DNA of 54,819 nt from an uncultured Clostridia bacterium (GCA_934500865.1 CAKSUD010000002.1:1-54819), one strand, 5' to 3'; numbered from the stretch's first letter, positions 47,601 to 54,819 are shown. The notes: generated by a model from the sequence alone, not told the origin. Program-made: numbers and translations.

Positions 47601-50502
47601 AACAGATTACAAGGTCTGGACAGATGAAACGGATAATAATACCTTGTCAGCAAGCTTTGCCGCTTCGGGAAATTATACTGTATCAGGCGGCAAACTAAAA
47701 TTCACAGCAAGCGGTCTCAACACCTATCTTAACACAGCTCCCCAAACAGACTGGACAGTTAAAACAGTTGTAGGCGCTACTTCGGGCTATGCAGGCGCAG
47801 CAGCCTATGCAAACGAAAATGACTTTATTTTAGGCGGAAGAAACGGTGGCAAAATAATCCTTGCAAGGGTAATCGGCGGCAATGTTGTTGCTTATGATGC
47901 TGTTGCAGATAAAAGAACAACAGCGGAATTGCAGCTACAACTTCAAAAGGTAGGTAACTATTTCTCGCTTTCATACCGTTATAATGACGAATATGAGTGG
48001 AAAACACTTTCTAACCGTATTTTCGCATCTTATACAACACTTGAATATGGTCTTGCGGCAAGCAATACAGCCGAATTTGATTATATTACCTTAGGTAATA
48101 TGATTGATGAAGGTGTATCACTTTGCACACCTATAAGTAAAGGGAATGAGGTTGAGTTTAATTATTCAAAATTAAATTCTGTTACAAATATGGTAAAGTG
48201 GAATGCACCGTCAGGCACTTGGGAGAATGTTGCAGGCGGACTTTCACAAACAGGCACAAGTGAAAGCTATTATGTTACAAAATCACAGTTTGCTGATTTT
48301 AAAGCTGAGGTAACACTCGGTGTCAGTGGTAGCGGTTATTCAGGCGTTATTTTTGCAAGCGAAAACGGAAAAATAACAAATGGATATTCTCTAACACTTA
48401 AACAAAACGGAGTATTGTATCTTAATATAGATAATAGTCTATATGATATGAAAAACGTTTCGTTTGATGCAGATGGCAAGTTAAGAATTATAATTGAGCG
48501 TATAGGCGACAGAATTATTATTTACACAAATCAAAACCCTACGGTTGCATTTAATATTTTGGATACAACATATACAGAGGGTTATTTCGGATTTACAACC
48601 AGTAATGCAGAAGGTTATTTTGGGAATTATACAGTATTCTCATTAGCTGATAGTTGGACTGAAGAAACAACTACCTACATTGGTTCTGATAGAATTACTT
48701 ATGCTGATAATTCCGTAAGACTGAATGCTAACAGCGAAAAGACAGTAGCTTTACATCAAAAAGGAATTAGCTATACTGATGTGTTAGCAAGTGTTGAGTT
48801 AAGCTACACTACTGCTGAAAACAGCTACGCAGGTCTTTCATTTGCTTCTACAGAGGGTACAAATCCTTTTGATAAGGGAATAGTAATAGCACTTAAAGAC
48901 AATAGTACTGTTGTTGTTTTAAAGGATGGTACAGAGGTTGCATCAGAATTGATTACTGCAAACTCAAGTAATCAGCTCAGTGTAAGCATTAAAAACGGCA
49001 AATATGAGATTTTCTTTAACGACCTTATCGCACCTGTTCTTACATATTACGGCGGTAAAATGGGCGGTAATGTAGGTGTCGCTGCCAAAAATGTAGATGC
49101 AGCATTTACTAGCCTTATAATTGATGATATAAGCGGTACAAACGTATTTGATTCACTTGGATACTATAAAGCAAGTGTGAATTCTGCTTCTAAAAGTGTG
49201 GTTGAAGGTGAGATAGTAACTTTACACACTCCAACAAACAGCTTAGGCTATACAAATAACGGCTATTCATATAGCATTGTTAATAATTCGGGTCTGGTAA
49301 ATACTGAGTATTTTGCCCTTAGCAGCTCGAATTTTGAGGCAGATGGTTGCTATGAGGTGTCAGGTATTCTAAAGAGTGGTGCGTATACTAGCAATAGTAA
49401 TATGGATCTCTATTACGCTATTACAGTAGCATTCAGAAAGGTTACATATAGTGATGGTACATCAGGATATTTAAAGCTCGCTTTAACAAAGGCAAGCGGT
49501 GGTATTTCTATAATTTTTGATAACGATTATTATGAAGCAAATAATAGAAAATACCTTAAGTATGATGTTAAATATGATGACGGTACATACATACGAAATG
49601 ACAATATAGATAATCGCTTTAGAATCATAAGTGATGATAAAACAGTTTCTGTATGGCTCAATGGTACTCTTGTTATAGATAGCTTTGATTATTCTGCTAA
49701 AGCTACAAATGTAGCACCCGCTGCAGGTATTGGATATAATTGTTGCAGATGCAATATAACTGATTTTACTATCAATAAAGCTTCATCCTCAAGTACTATA
49801 ATTAAAAATGTAGGTACGAACGGGTTTATTACGCTTTCTAACGATTCACCAACAGCAGGCGAAAAGGTTACTATCACGAAGAACGGAATAATTGCAAGCG
49901 GTACATTTAATGTTTATTATCTTAATTATGATAAGGTTGAAAAGATAGTTGCTGAAAGAATAGGTTATCGTGAAGATGAATCAAGTGTAGATACATATAG
50001 CTTTGTTATGCCTGATACAGAAAATCCGGTTGTTATCACCTGTGATTTTACTGATGACACTACGGCTAATATTTCAGCACTTGGTGCACAATATCGTGAA
50101 AACGGTACTAAAGCGGATATTCGTTTTGGCACAAGATTGGGTTATAAGGTTACAGATGGCATTATTACAGTAAGTGATGTCGATTATGAGCTTATTGAAA
50201 CCGGTACACTTATAACTACAGTTACAGCACTTAATACGGTGGAGGGTACACACGAAGAACTCGTAACACTTGGTTCAGAGTCACTTTGGGGCGAACAGCA
50301 CAAATATATTAAAAATGTAAAACGCACAAAGTATTATGACTACTGTAATGAATATATTGATTTTGCTGTTTCTGTTACAGGAATAAGCGATTTTGATAAG
50401 GTTTATGTAGCAAGAGGATATGTGCTTACAAAGGATACAAGCGGAAATAATGTTGTATTCTACACAGATGTTATTTATCGTACTGTAAACGGAGTTAAAT
50501 AA
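44617..50502 (+). CDS. Secreted giant (1961 aa) divergent GH13-like enzyme with at least six C-terminal beta-sandwich (LamG/DUF1080-like and B-like) modules
   Basis: RBS AGGAGG and a signal peptide are present. It contains FHDQGGDYMSPVAP, YGGDVKGVSKKLSYIKDLGCTGVYLNPL, RVMFDVLAHS, ADALRFDAG, LLICEN, LITSHDLERL and MTYVGSPMLYYGDE. The later modules include ...EGYFGFTTSNAEGYFGNYTV and a B-like module with NYPDSNS...KVWINGQ. Confidence 0.75.
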   Translation: MFKKIQKRLFVILLTVTIIAAECAVSFFPVAAASYSTNDGYFHDQGGDYMSPVAPTSSQAVTLKLRTPSADSSKNDKIYIRYTTNNGDSWTDISMTKTGSILDGIFDIWQGTIPATSSRYYYQFKLVDDGLIWDTTNYFGLGGKSSSQLPIANCYQVWPNFSTPEWSHGAYWYYVAPTSFFNGDSLNDIGGDMSDYASGKKMNADHYKATYGGDVKGVSKKLSYIKDLGCTGVYLNPLHLSYNAIGYGIMNNYMLDSQYTTENEYKQFVNSAHNNDMRVMFDVLAHSVIDANVWFNSYNKYPVVGAYNSASSAFRNMFHFDSNGAVTKFLSSNALDYANDVTKNLMYKNEDSYLSRYLSDEYGADALRFDAGAHLYGTGLTINRITEDLTSTLKSRYPDKLLICENYSDDSNSTSHLTSGWDTCWNTPMIYWIRGLAEGTQTISGFVYRSIHDVLTWPRDMVLSMQQLITSHDLERLQNSADETGRRMARIFQMTYVGSPMLYYGDETDAESLYNSKIEQFDWNKDNWNMNTYNLVKGLGQLRNEYTCLKNGVVKFGQSDNDAKTLSMARWDKNGAVISLLNGNNSAVDMSVNVAQFEVANGTVLTDYFTGKTYTVSNGSITASVLAGGTVLVTGGNTVSTIGKYNKTLLGGSGTATLGSDSTTITLSGKGSVTTTSDSGLFVYSEADSGFELGADVSTTGTVALALRDTKDAQSKGYYAVVNGSNKTISVYKREANNQASTLVTTANYTDSILKIKLVRSGNNDFSVQTFEKSAWTTVANSQVKFSLSSKLYAGAINLSGTATIGNMGITIYDNTYYDGFISDKIVAESATYTVQNISLDKTVYGKAKLSSEIYTERTGNTNGGYDALIVHLGNVTHTSASWSEDVTGDWYLYLSREYGLEMRVKKLDGSEWYWGAHYKTLNYPDSNSLEFKGPYTLKYALSNDNLKVWINGQLMYDYDYTSWFSVYSGNVTTKLNFFATGYGMTESRTPVTKVTDYKVWTDETDNNTLSASFAASGNYTVSGGKLKFTASGLNTYLNTAPQTDWTVKTVVGATSGYAGAAAYANENDFILGGRNGGKIILARVIGGNVVAYDAVADKRTTAELQLQLQKVGNYFSLSYRYNDEYEWKTLSNRIFASYTTLEYGLAASNTAEFDYITLGNMIDEGVSLCTPISKGNEVEFNYSKLNSVTNMVKWNAPSGTWENVAGGLSQTGTSESYYVTKSQFADFKAEVTLGVSGSGYSGVIFASENGKITNGYSLTLKQNGVLYLNIDNSLYDMKNVSFDADGKLRIIIERIGDRIIIYTNQNPTVAFNILDTTYTEGYFGFTTSNAEGYFGNYTVFSLADSWTEETTTYIGSDRITYADNSVRLNANSEKTVALHQKGISYTDVLASVELSYTTAENSYAGLSFASTEGTNPFDKGIVIALKDNSTVVVLKDGTEVASELITANSSNQLSVSIKNGKYEIFFNDLIAPVLTYYGGKMGGNVGVAAKNVDAAFTSLIIDDISGTNVFDSLGYYKASVNSASKSVVEGEIVTLHTPTNSLGYTNNGYSYSIVNNSGLVNTEYFALSSSNFEADGCYEVSGILKSGAYTSNSNMDLYYAITVAFRKVTYSDGTSGYLKLALTKASGGISIIFDNDYYEANNRKYLKYDVKYDDGTYIRNDNIDNRFRIISDDKTVSVWLNGTLVIDSFDYSAKATNVAPAAGIGYNCCRCNITDFTINKASSSSTIIKNVGTNGFITLSNDSPTAGEKVTITKNGIIASGTFNVYYLNYDKVEKIVAERIGYREDESSVDTYSFVMPDTENPVVITCDFTDDTTANISALGAQYRENGTKADIRFGTRLGYKVTDGIITVSDVDYELIETGTLITTVTALNTVEGTHEELVTLGSESLWGEQHKYIKNVKRTKYYDYCNEYIDFAVSVTGISDFDKVYVARGYVLTKDTSGNNVVFYTDVIYRTVNGVK

Positions 50503-50511
50503 ACATTTTTT

Positions 50512-50547
50512 GCTCACCGAGACAGTGGTGCCTTGGTGAGCACTTTT
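50512..50547 (+). terminator. Rho-independent terminator of the last cargo gene, which also looks like the target hairpin of a group IIC intron
   Basis: GCTCACCGAG (50512-50521) pairs with CTTGGTGAGC (50532-50541) and ACTTTT follows. The intron-like sequence starts at 50549. Confidence 0.8.
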
Positions 50548-50548
50548 A

Positions 50549-50731
50549 GTGTGCTCGGCACGCGTAATAACTTGGTGGTGAAAATCCGCTACAGGCTTGG
50601 CAGTAGGAACTGTTAGCCGAAGACAAGGGCATCCGCCGTGAGACGGAGTCTGAAAGAAGTCGGATTCGGAGACTTAAAAGTGTCTCTGCGGGCAAAGCCT
50701 CGCTCTGACGAACAGAAACTGAATATAAGGC
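50549..50731 (+). mobile_element. Group IIC intron 5' segment (domain I), with no intron-encoded ORF. It is either a truncated remnant or part of an ORF-less derivative.
   Basis: It reads GTGTGCTCGGCACG...GGCAGTAGGAACTGTTAGCCGAAGACAAGGGCATCCGCCGTGAGACGGAGTCTGAAAGAAGTCGGA...TCTGACGAACAGAAACTGAATATAAGGC. This parallels, block for block, the 5' domain I of the Oceanobacillus iheyensis group IIC intron as I remember it. It sits 8 nt after a terminator stem, which is the class C target. The 3' extent is uncertain. Confidence 0.6.
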
Positions 50732-50854
50732 ATTCTTTGTACTAAGAAAAGATTTAATGCTTACGGAAATGCTATAGAGGAATATATGCCAATTCAGAAT
50801 TTATATGGATGATTGGAATAATGCGATATAGAATAAAGTATTTCTTAAATAACA

Positions 50855-50900
50855 GAGCGACGAGCTTGTGAAAAGCAAGTTTGGCGCTCGTTCTTTTTTT
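50855..50900 (+). terminator. Hairpin plus T-run, most simply an intrinsic terminator (alternative: a degenerate domain V-like hairpin of the IIC element)
   Basis: GAGCGACGAGCTTG (50855-50868) pairs imperfectly with CAAGTTTGGCGCTC (50876-50889), and T7 lies at 50894-50900. An AGC triad and a GAAAA loop resemble DV, but the 2-nt bulge is missing. Confidence 0.45.
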
Positions 50901-51310
50901 ATTCGACAAAATAACACATAATTCTACATTTTAAAGGGGGCGGCACCGATGTACAGTATAAACCTTGCTGCATACAAAACAAGGGAAAGAATGAGCGCGC
51001 CATAGGCGACTGCAAGGTGAGTAAGTGAAAAATAAAAGAAGGCATAAGGTGAAGATATAGCTGTAAGGGGTTTAAAACTCCGAACAAGCTGTATTTTAAA
51101 GAAAGCGGGCTGTAATAATGCCCGTAAAATTAACGAAATTAAAGAAGAAAAGACCAATAAAATTGCCGCCCGAAAAGGCTTTGAAATTGGTCGGACCTTT
51201 TGCGTTCTGTATATAAAGCAGCTGCGGCGGCGGTGTAAATGCGGCTGCCGCAGCCCTCCGTATCAATCGTTTTTGAGATTTTCAGGAATGATTGAACGGA
51301 GGAAAATAAA

Positions 51311-51880
51311 TTGAAAAGTATTTTTTTAGTATGGAAAGATAAAAACTGTAACGGGGAAAATCCCGAATGGATACATATGACTGCAAAAGAATTTTTTGAA
51401 TTCAAGCAGAAGCCCGAAAACTCGGAAAGAAAATTTGTTCAGGTAGAGGATAAGAATTTGTCCTCAAAATACTCGGTTATCTTTATTGAGGCAAATAAAG
51501 AGCTGTATAAAAAATGCAATGCCGAACACAGCGAAGATATGCGCAGAAAAGAGGAAAAGAAAAAATACCCGCGCAGATTTGTATCTTTGGATAAGCTGCG
51601 GAGCGATGACTCGGAAACAGATAATCATGAGAGATATTCGGATAACAGGTGGGAGGAAGAATATATATTGGACAAGCTCCAAGCGGAGGAACTGCATAAG
51701 GCGATAGAGCAGCTTACCGAAAAGGAAAAAAGAACCTTTGAGGTAATAACGTTCGCCGTTTTGCAGGGTATCAGCGAAAGGGAACTGGCAGTATCTTTGG
51801 GTATTCCTCAAAAGACTTTAAATTGCCGAAAACAAAAAATATTTAACAAACTTAAAAAAATTTTCGCTCAAAACAAGTAA
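51311..51880 (+). CDS. Sigma-70 region-4-type HTH regulator typical of Clostridia ICEs
   Basis: GGAGGA lies 7 nt before the TTG start. The C-terminus LTEKEKRTFEVITFAVLQGISERELAVSLGIPQKTLNCRKQKIFNKLKK resembles sigma region 4. It lies upstream of the recombinase genes. Confidence 0.7.
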   Translation: MKSIFLVWKDKNCNGENPEWIHMTAKEFFEFKQKPENSERKFVQVEDKNLSSKYSVIFIEANKELYKKCNAEHSEDMRRKEEKKKYPRRFVSLDKLRSDDSETDNHERYSDNRWEEEYILDKLQAEELHKAIEQLTEKEKRTFEVITFAVLQGISERELAVSLGIPQKTLNCRKQKIFNKLKKIFAQNK

Positions 51881-52205
51881 AACCGTACTGTAATATAGTA
51901 GAGGGCAAAAAAACGACCTCTGCGAACATTGAAAAAAGAATAGTACAGCGCATCCTTTACCTTCCTTCTGCTGTCGGGCAACCGATAAGCCACTTGAACT
52001 CTGTTCAGACGGTACGGCGCATCCGTAACGATGGCGATGACAGGCAGAAGAATTAAAGATACTTCCGTCACGAGCAATCGGGCGGCCCGCGGAGATCCCG
52101 GGGGTGGTGAGATTCCAATGAGGCAAAATGCATTGCCGGAGGGTGCGTTCCCAGTGTTCGGGGCGTCGTGGACAAATACGGACAAAACAAACGATTGATA
52201 CTGAA

Positions 52206-52246
52206 ATGACCGTAACCGTTCTTAAAAAACAGTTGCGGTCATTTTT
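52206..52246 (+). terminator. Putative intrinsic terminator closing the GC-rich non-coding stretch
   Basis: ATGACCGTAAC (52206-52216) pairs with GTTGCGGTCAT (52232-52242) with one G-T pair, and TTTT follows. Confidence 0.55.
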
Positions 52247-52322
52247 CCTAATTGGTTTTACGGGAACGGTATAACGGCATACCGCTGCCGTAAGATCAAT
52301 TAAAATATGGAGGTAAAATATT

Positions 52323-52481
52323 ATGAAAACCCGTAACAGCGCATTCTACCGTGAGATATGTATTCTTAGGATACTTGTTAAAATGGGGTACATAGATAAA
52401 AAGGCTTTGCCCTACATTATAGATATAGCGGCAAAGGATTATAACAGTGATTTAATAGTTGATAACCGAAATATGTCTTAA
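52323..52481 (+). CDS. Small hypothetical protein (52 aa) upstream of the recombinases
   Basis: GGAGG lies 8 nt before the ATG. The product is MKTRNSAFYREICILRILVKMGYIDKKALPYIIDIAAKDYNSDLIVDNRNMS. It is below the ORF-track cutoff and I recognise no homology. Confidence 0.4.
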   Translation: MKTRNSAFYREICILRILVKMGYIDKKALPYIIDIAAKDYNSDLIVDNRNMS

Positions 52482-52569
52482 ATAAAAACATTTCAAAAAG
52501 ATGCATTTAAGTCTGGATTTATTCGAACCTATGTGGTATATATTGTGTCGGAAAGGAGAGTGAAAAGCG

Positions 52570-54131
52570 ATGGAAAGAACCGTGACGGCTATAAATGCTG
52601 CAACGCCCCAAGAGGGAAAGATAAGAACGGCAGCCTATTGCAGAGTTTCAAGCGATTCCGCCGATCAGCTTCACTCGTTCTCGGCACAGGTAAGATACTA
52701 TACCCGGCTTATCGGGGATAATGAGTGTATGGAGCTTGTGGATATATACGCAGACGAGGGGATAAGCGGAACAAAGACAAAAAATCGAGACGATTTTTGC
52801 AGGCTCATAAACGACTGCAAAAACGGAAAGATCGACCGTGTACTTACTAAATCGGTTAGCCGATTTGCAAGAAACACGGTCGATTCTATTATGTACGCAA
52901 GATTGCTTAAAGAAAACGGCGTGAGCATACTGTTCGAGAAAGAAAATATAGATACGGCATATATGTCAAACGAGGTGCTGCTTGCGGTGTCCGGCGCACA
53001 GGCCGAGGAAGAATCCATATCTATATCCAAAAATATGATATGGAGCATAAACCGCCGAATGAAAAACGGAACATACCTTGCAAGCCATACTCCGTATGGA
53101 TACAGAATAGAAAACGGCGAATATGTTATCGTAGAGAATGAGGCAGAGGTTGTAAAGCAGATATTTAAAAACTATCTTTCGGGCGTTGCAAAAAAGACAA
53201 TAGCAGATATGCTCAATTCAATGAATGTGCCTAACAGAGAGGGAACGCCTTGGCAGAGAAGCACGGTTGAGTATATTCTCGGAAACGAAAGGTATACGGG
53301 CAACGCTGTTTTTCAGAAAACATATACCGACGCGGCAGAGCCGTTTAAGAATAAGCCCAATAACGGTAAGGTGCCGAAATATTATGTTGAGGATACCAAT
53401 CCGCCGATAATCTCAAAAGAGGAATATGAGGCGGCGGTACGCCTTACCGAAGAAAGGAAAAACAGAAAGCCGTATGAAAAAACAGCCGACCGAACACTTA
53501 ACGGTAAGATTTGCTGTTCGTGCGGCGGAACATTCGGCAGGAAAAAGGTTTCAGGAAAAGCATATTGGTCGTGCAATATCCATGAATCCCACTCGGATAA
53601 ATGCAAGGCAAGGCGTGTACCCGAAGACGATATATACGAGGCATATATAACAGCAGTAAACAAGCTGCGGGAGTATAGGTGCGAAATATTGCTGCCTGCA
53701 ATACAGCAGACGGAAAACTATATCTTCGGGCAGGCAACAGCACTCTTAAAATAAAGGAGATAGACAGGGAAATCGCGGAATTAAGCGATAAGAATATCCT
53801 TATAACAAGACTTCACTCAAAGGGTATTATACGGAGCTTTGAATACTCGGAACAGATATCCGCAGTAAATTCCAAGATAACCGCATTGAGAAAGGAACGC
53901 ACAAGGCTCTTTGAGGAAAGAGATGAAAACGGCACACTTTCGGGGCTGAAAACGCTTAATAACAGGCTTGCGGATCTAAAGAAAACATTAACGGAGTTTA
54001 ATTCCGAACTGTTTGCCGAAACGGTTAAAGGCATCACCGTTCAGAACAACGGGGAAGTGCGGATAGAATTTACAGGCGGACTTACAGTATCCGAAAAAAT
54101 ACCGGACAGGAGAAGGTGCAGAGAAAAATGA
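52570..54131 (+). pseudogene. Large serine recombinase split by an apparent frameshift near 53700-53750
   Basis: RBS AAGGAGAG precedes the start. It has the resolvase catalytic motif AAYCRVSSDSADQ, a recombinase domain (TPYGYRIENGEY...) and a Zn-ribbon (CSCGG...WSCNIHE...C). Frame 1 stops at 53752-53754. The coiled-coil C-terminus (KIKEIDREIAELSDKNILITRLHSKGII...) continues in ORF 53679-54131 in another frame. Confidence 0.7.
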
Positions 54132-54819
54132 AAAACAGGAAAATACCCTACGGCTACGAAATGAAGAACGGAGCTGTTATAATAAACTGCGCTGAAGCGG
54201 AAACGGTTAAAAACATATTTTCGGAATATGTGAACGGTCTTGTGTTAAAGGATATTGCCGCGACGCTTAAAGCGCAGGGTGCGGAATATCTTCCCGGAGA
54301 AACCGATTGGAATAAAAGCCGTGTCAAAAGAATAATAGATGACGCAAGGTACTGCGGGAACGAAAAGTATCCCGAAATAATATCCGCTGAATTGTATGGC
54401 GCAGCGGCCGGTATAAAGCAAAAAAGAAACAGGGCTAAGGAATATACCGTTTGCAGCGAGGACAAGCCTGTTACGGACTCGGTGCGGTGTTCGCTTTGCG
54501 GCGGTAGGCTCAGACATATAACAGACAACAGCAATAAAAAGGCTGAACGCTGGGTGTGCGAGGATTGCAGGATGACGGTATATAAAACCGTATCGGAGGT
54601 AAAGAAAGATATTACCGAAATAATAAACAGGCTTATACATTCCCCGTCACTCACAGAAAACAGGGAGGATAAAGGATATACCGAGTCGCAGGAGGTCATT
54701 CTGAAAACGGCTGAAATAGAAAGAATGACAGCCGCGTCAGAGGTGGATATAACGGCTGTTCAAAAACTTATATTTGAATGTGCGGAGGAAAAATACAGAG
54801 AAAACGAAACTGCAAGACA
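54128..54819 (+). CDS. Recombinase-domain / Zn-ribbon protein lacking the N-terminal resolvase catalytic domain (3' end beyond the window)
   Basis: The ATG overlaps the upstream stop (ATGA). The frame is open to the window end and is therefore absent from the ORF track. It starts directly at the recombinase-domain motif MKNRKIPYGYEMKNGAVII..., and the Zn-ribbon reads CSLCGG...WVCEDC. Confidence 0.7.
   Translation, partial: MKNRKIPYGYEMKNGAVIINCAEAETVKNIFSEYVNGLVLKDIAATLKAQGAEYLPGETDWNKSRVKRIIDDARYCGNEKYPEIISAELYGAAAGIKQKRNRAKEYTVCSEDKPVTDSVRCSLCGGRLRHITDNSNKKAERWVCEDCRMTVYKTVSEVKKDITEIINRLIHSPSLTENREDKGYTESQEVILKTAEIERMTAASEVDITAVQKLIFECAEEKYRENETAR

Noticed and set aside
50821-50834. The 14-nt identity ATGCGATATAGAAT shared with the start of the deacetylase gene (6843-6856), considered as a possible cargo-flanking direct repeat.
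   Set aside because: A single 14-mer match in 55 kb of AT-rich DNA is within chance expectation. The identity does not extend on either side, and the left copy is 1.2 kb inside the cargo rather than at its edge.
50855-50889. The hairpin with an AGC triad and GAAAA loop, considered as domain V of a complete miniature group IIC intron.
   Set aside because: It lacks the conserved 2-nt bulge and is followed by a T7 run like an ordinary terminator. The intervening 120 nt are AT-rich with no recognisable domains II-IV. I kept it only as an alternative in the IIC finding.
50924-51157. A hydrophobic 77-aa minus-strand ORF and its neighbours (50899-51087, 51139-51405) between the cargo and the sigma gene.
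   Set aside because: It has a TTG start with no recognisable RBS. There are competing overlapping frames and no motif. It could be a small membrane protein, but I cannot support that from sequence alone.
52031-52198. A 55-aa plus-strand ORF (MAMTGRRIKDTSV...) in the GC-rich spacer.
   Set aside because: It has no RBS and its Gly/Arg/Pro-rich composition is what GC-rich non-coding DNA produces. It has no recognisable motif.
1-54819. A search by eye for rRNA, tRNA, CRISPR arrays, IS elements with terminal inverted repeats, and toxin-antitoxin or defence-type gene pairs.
   Set aside because: I found none. All intergenic regions longer than 100 nt are accounted for by promoters and operators, terminators, intron RNA or the unexplained GC-rich spacer. 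A tRNAscan/Infernal run would be needed to exclude small RNAs formally.

Overview
This 54.8-kb window comes from a low-G+C Firmicute of the class Clostridia. A dockerin-like module and the gene content point to a ruminococcal-type gut or rumen anaerobe. The window is a compositional mosaic. Both ends (about 1-5.5 kb and 50.9-54.8 kb) are the backbone of an integrative conjugative element (ICE). The left end carries a Toprim/DUF3991 protein, a TraG/VirD4 coupling protein and a small HTH protein. The right end carries a sigma-70-like regulator and tandem large serine recombinases. These ends look clearly richer in G+C by eye (not computed) than the roughly 45 kb between them. The middle is AT-rich and entirely plus-strand, with about 30 genes for glycan utilisation. 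It includes an AraC regulator with four copies of a phased 34-bp operator. It also includes a frameshifted CE4-type deacetylase, two Gfo/Idh/MocA oxidoreductases, a GH39-like enzyme and a DUF4965 glutaminase-like enzyme. A seven-gene ABC-importer cassette follows, with a 934-aa binding protein, two permease pairs, an NHL/TPR/Yip1 membrane protein and a large DUF5696-like lipoprotein, but no ATPase. Further genes encode two surface proteins built from repeated uncharacterised beta-sandwich modules, three very large divergent GH13-like enzymes fused to LamG/DUF1080-like modules, a second binding protein, a xylose-isomerase-like TIM-barrel protein, a GH78-like enzyme, a metallophosphoesterase and one dockerin-bearing protein. 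Two group II intron elements are present. An intact intron with an RT/maturase/HNH ORF splits the coupling-protein gene. A group IIC 5' fragment sits just after the terminator of the last cargo gene. I saw no rRNA, tRNA or CRISPR array. All family assignments rest on motifs read by eye and on recalled family signatures, so they need HMM and covariance-model confirmation.
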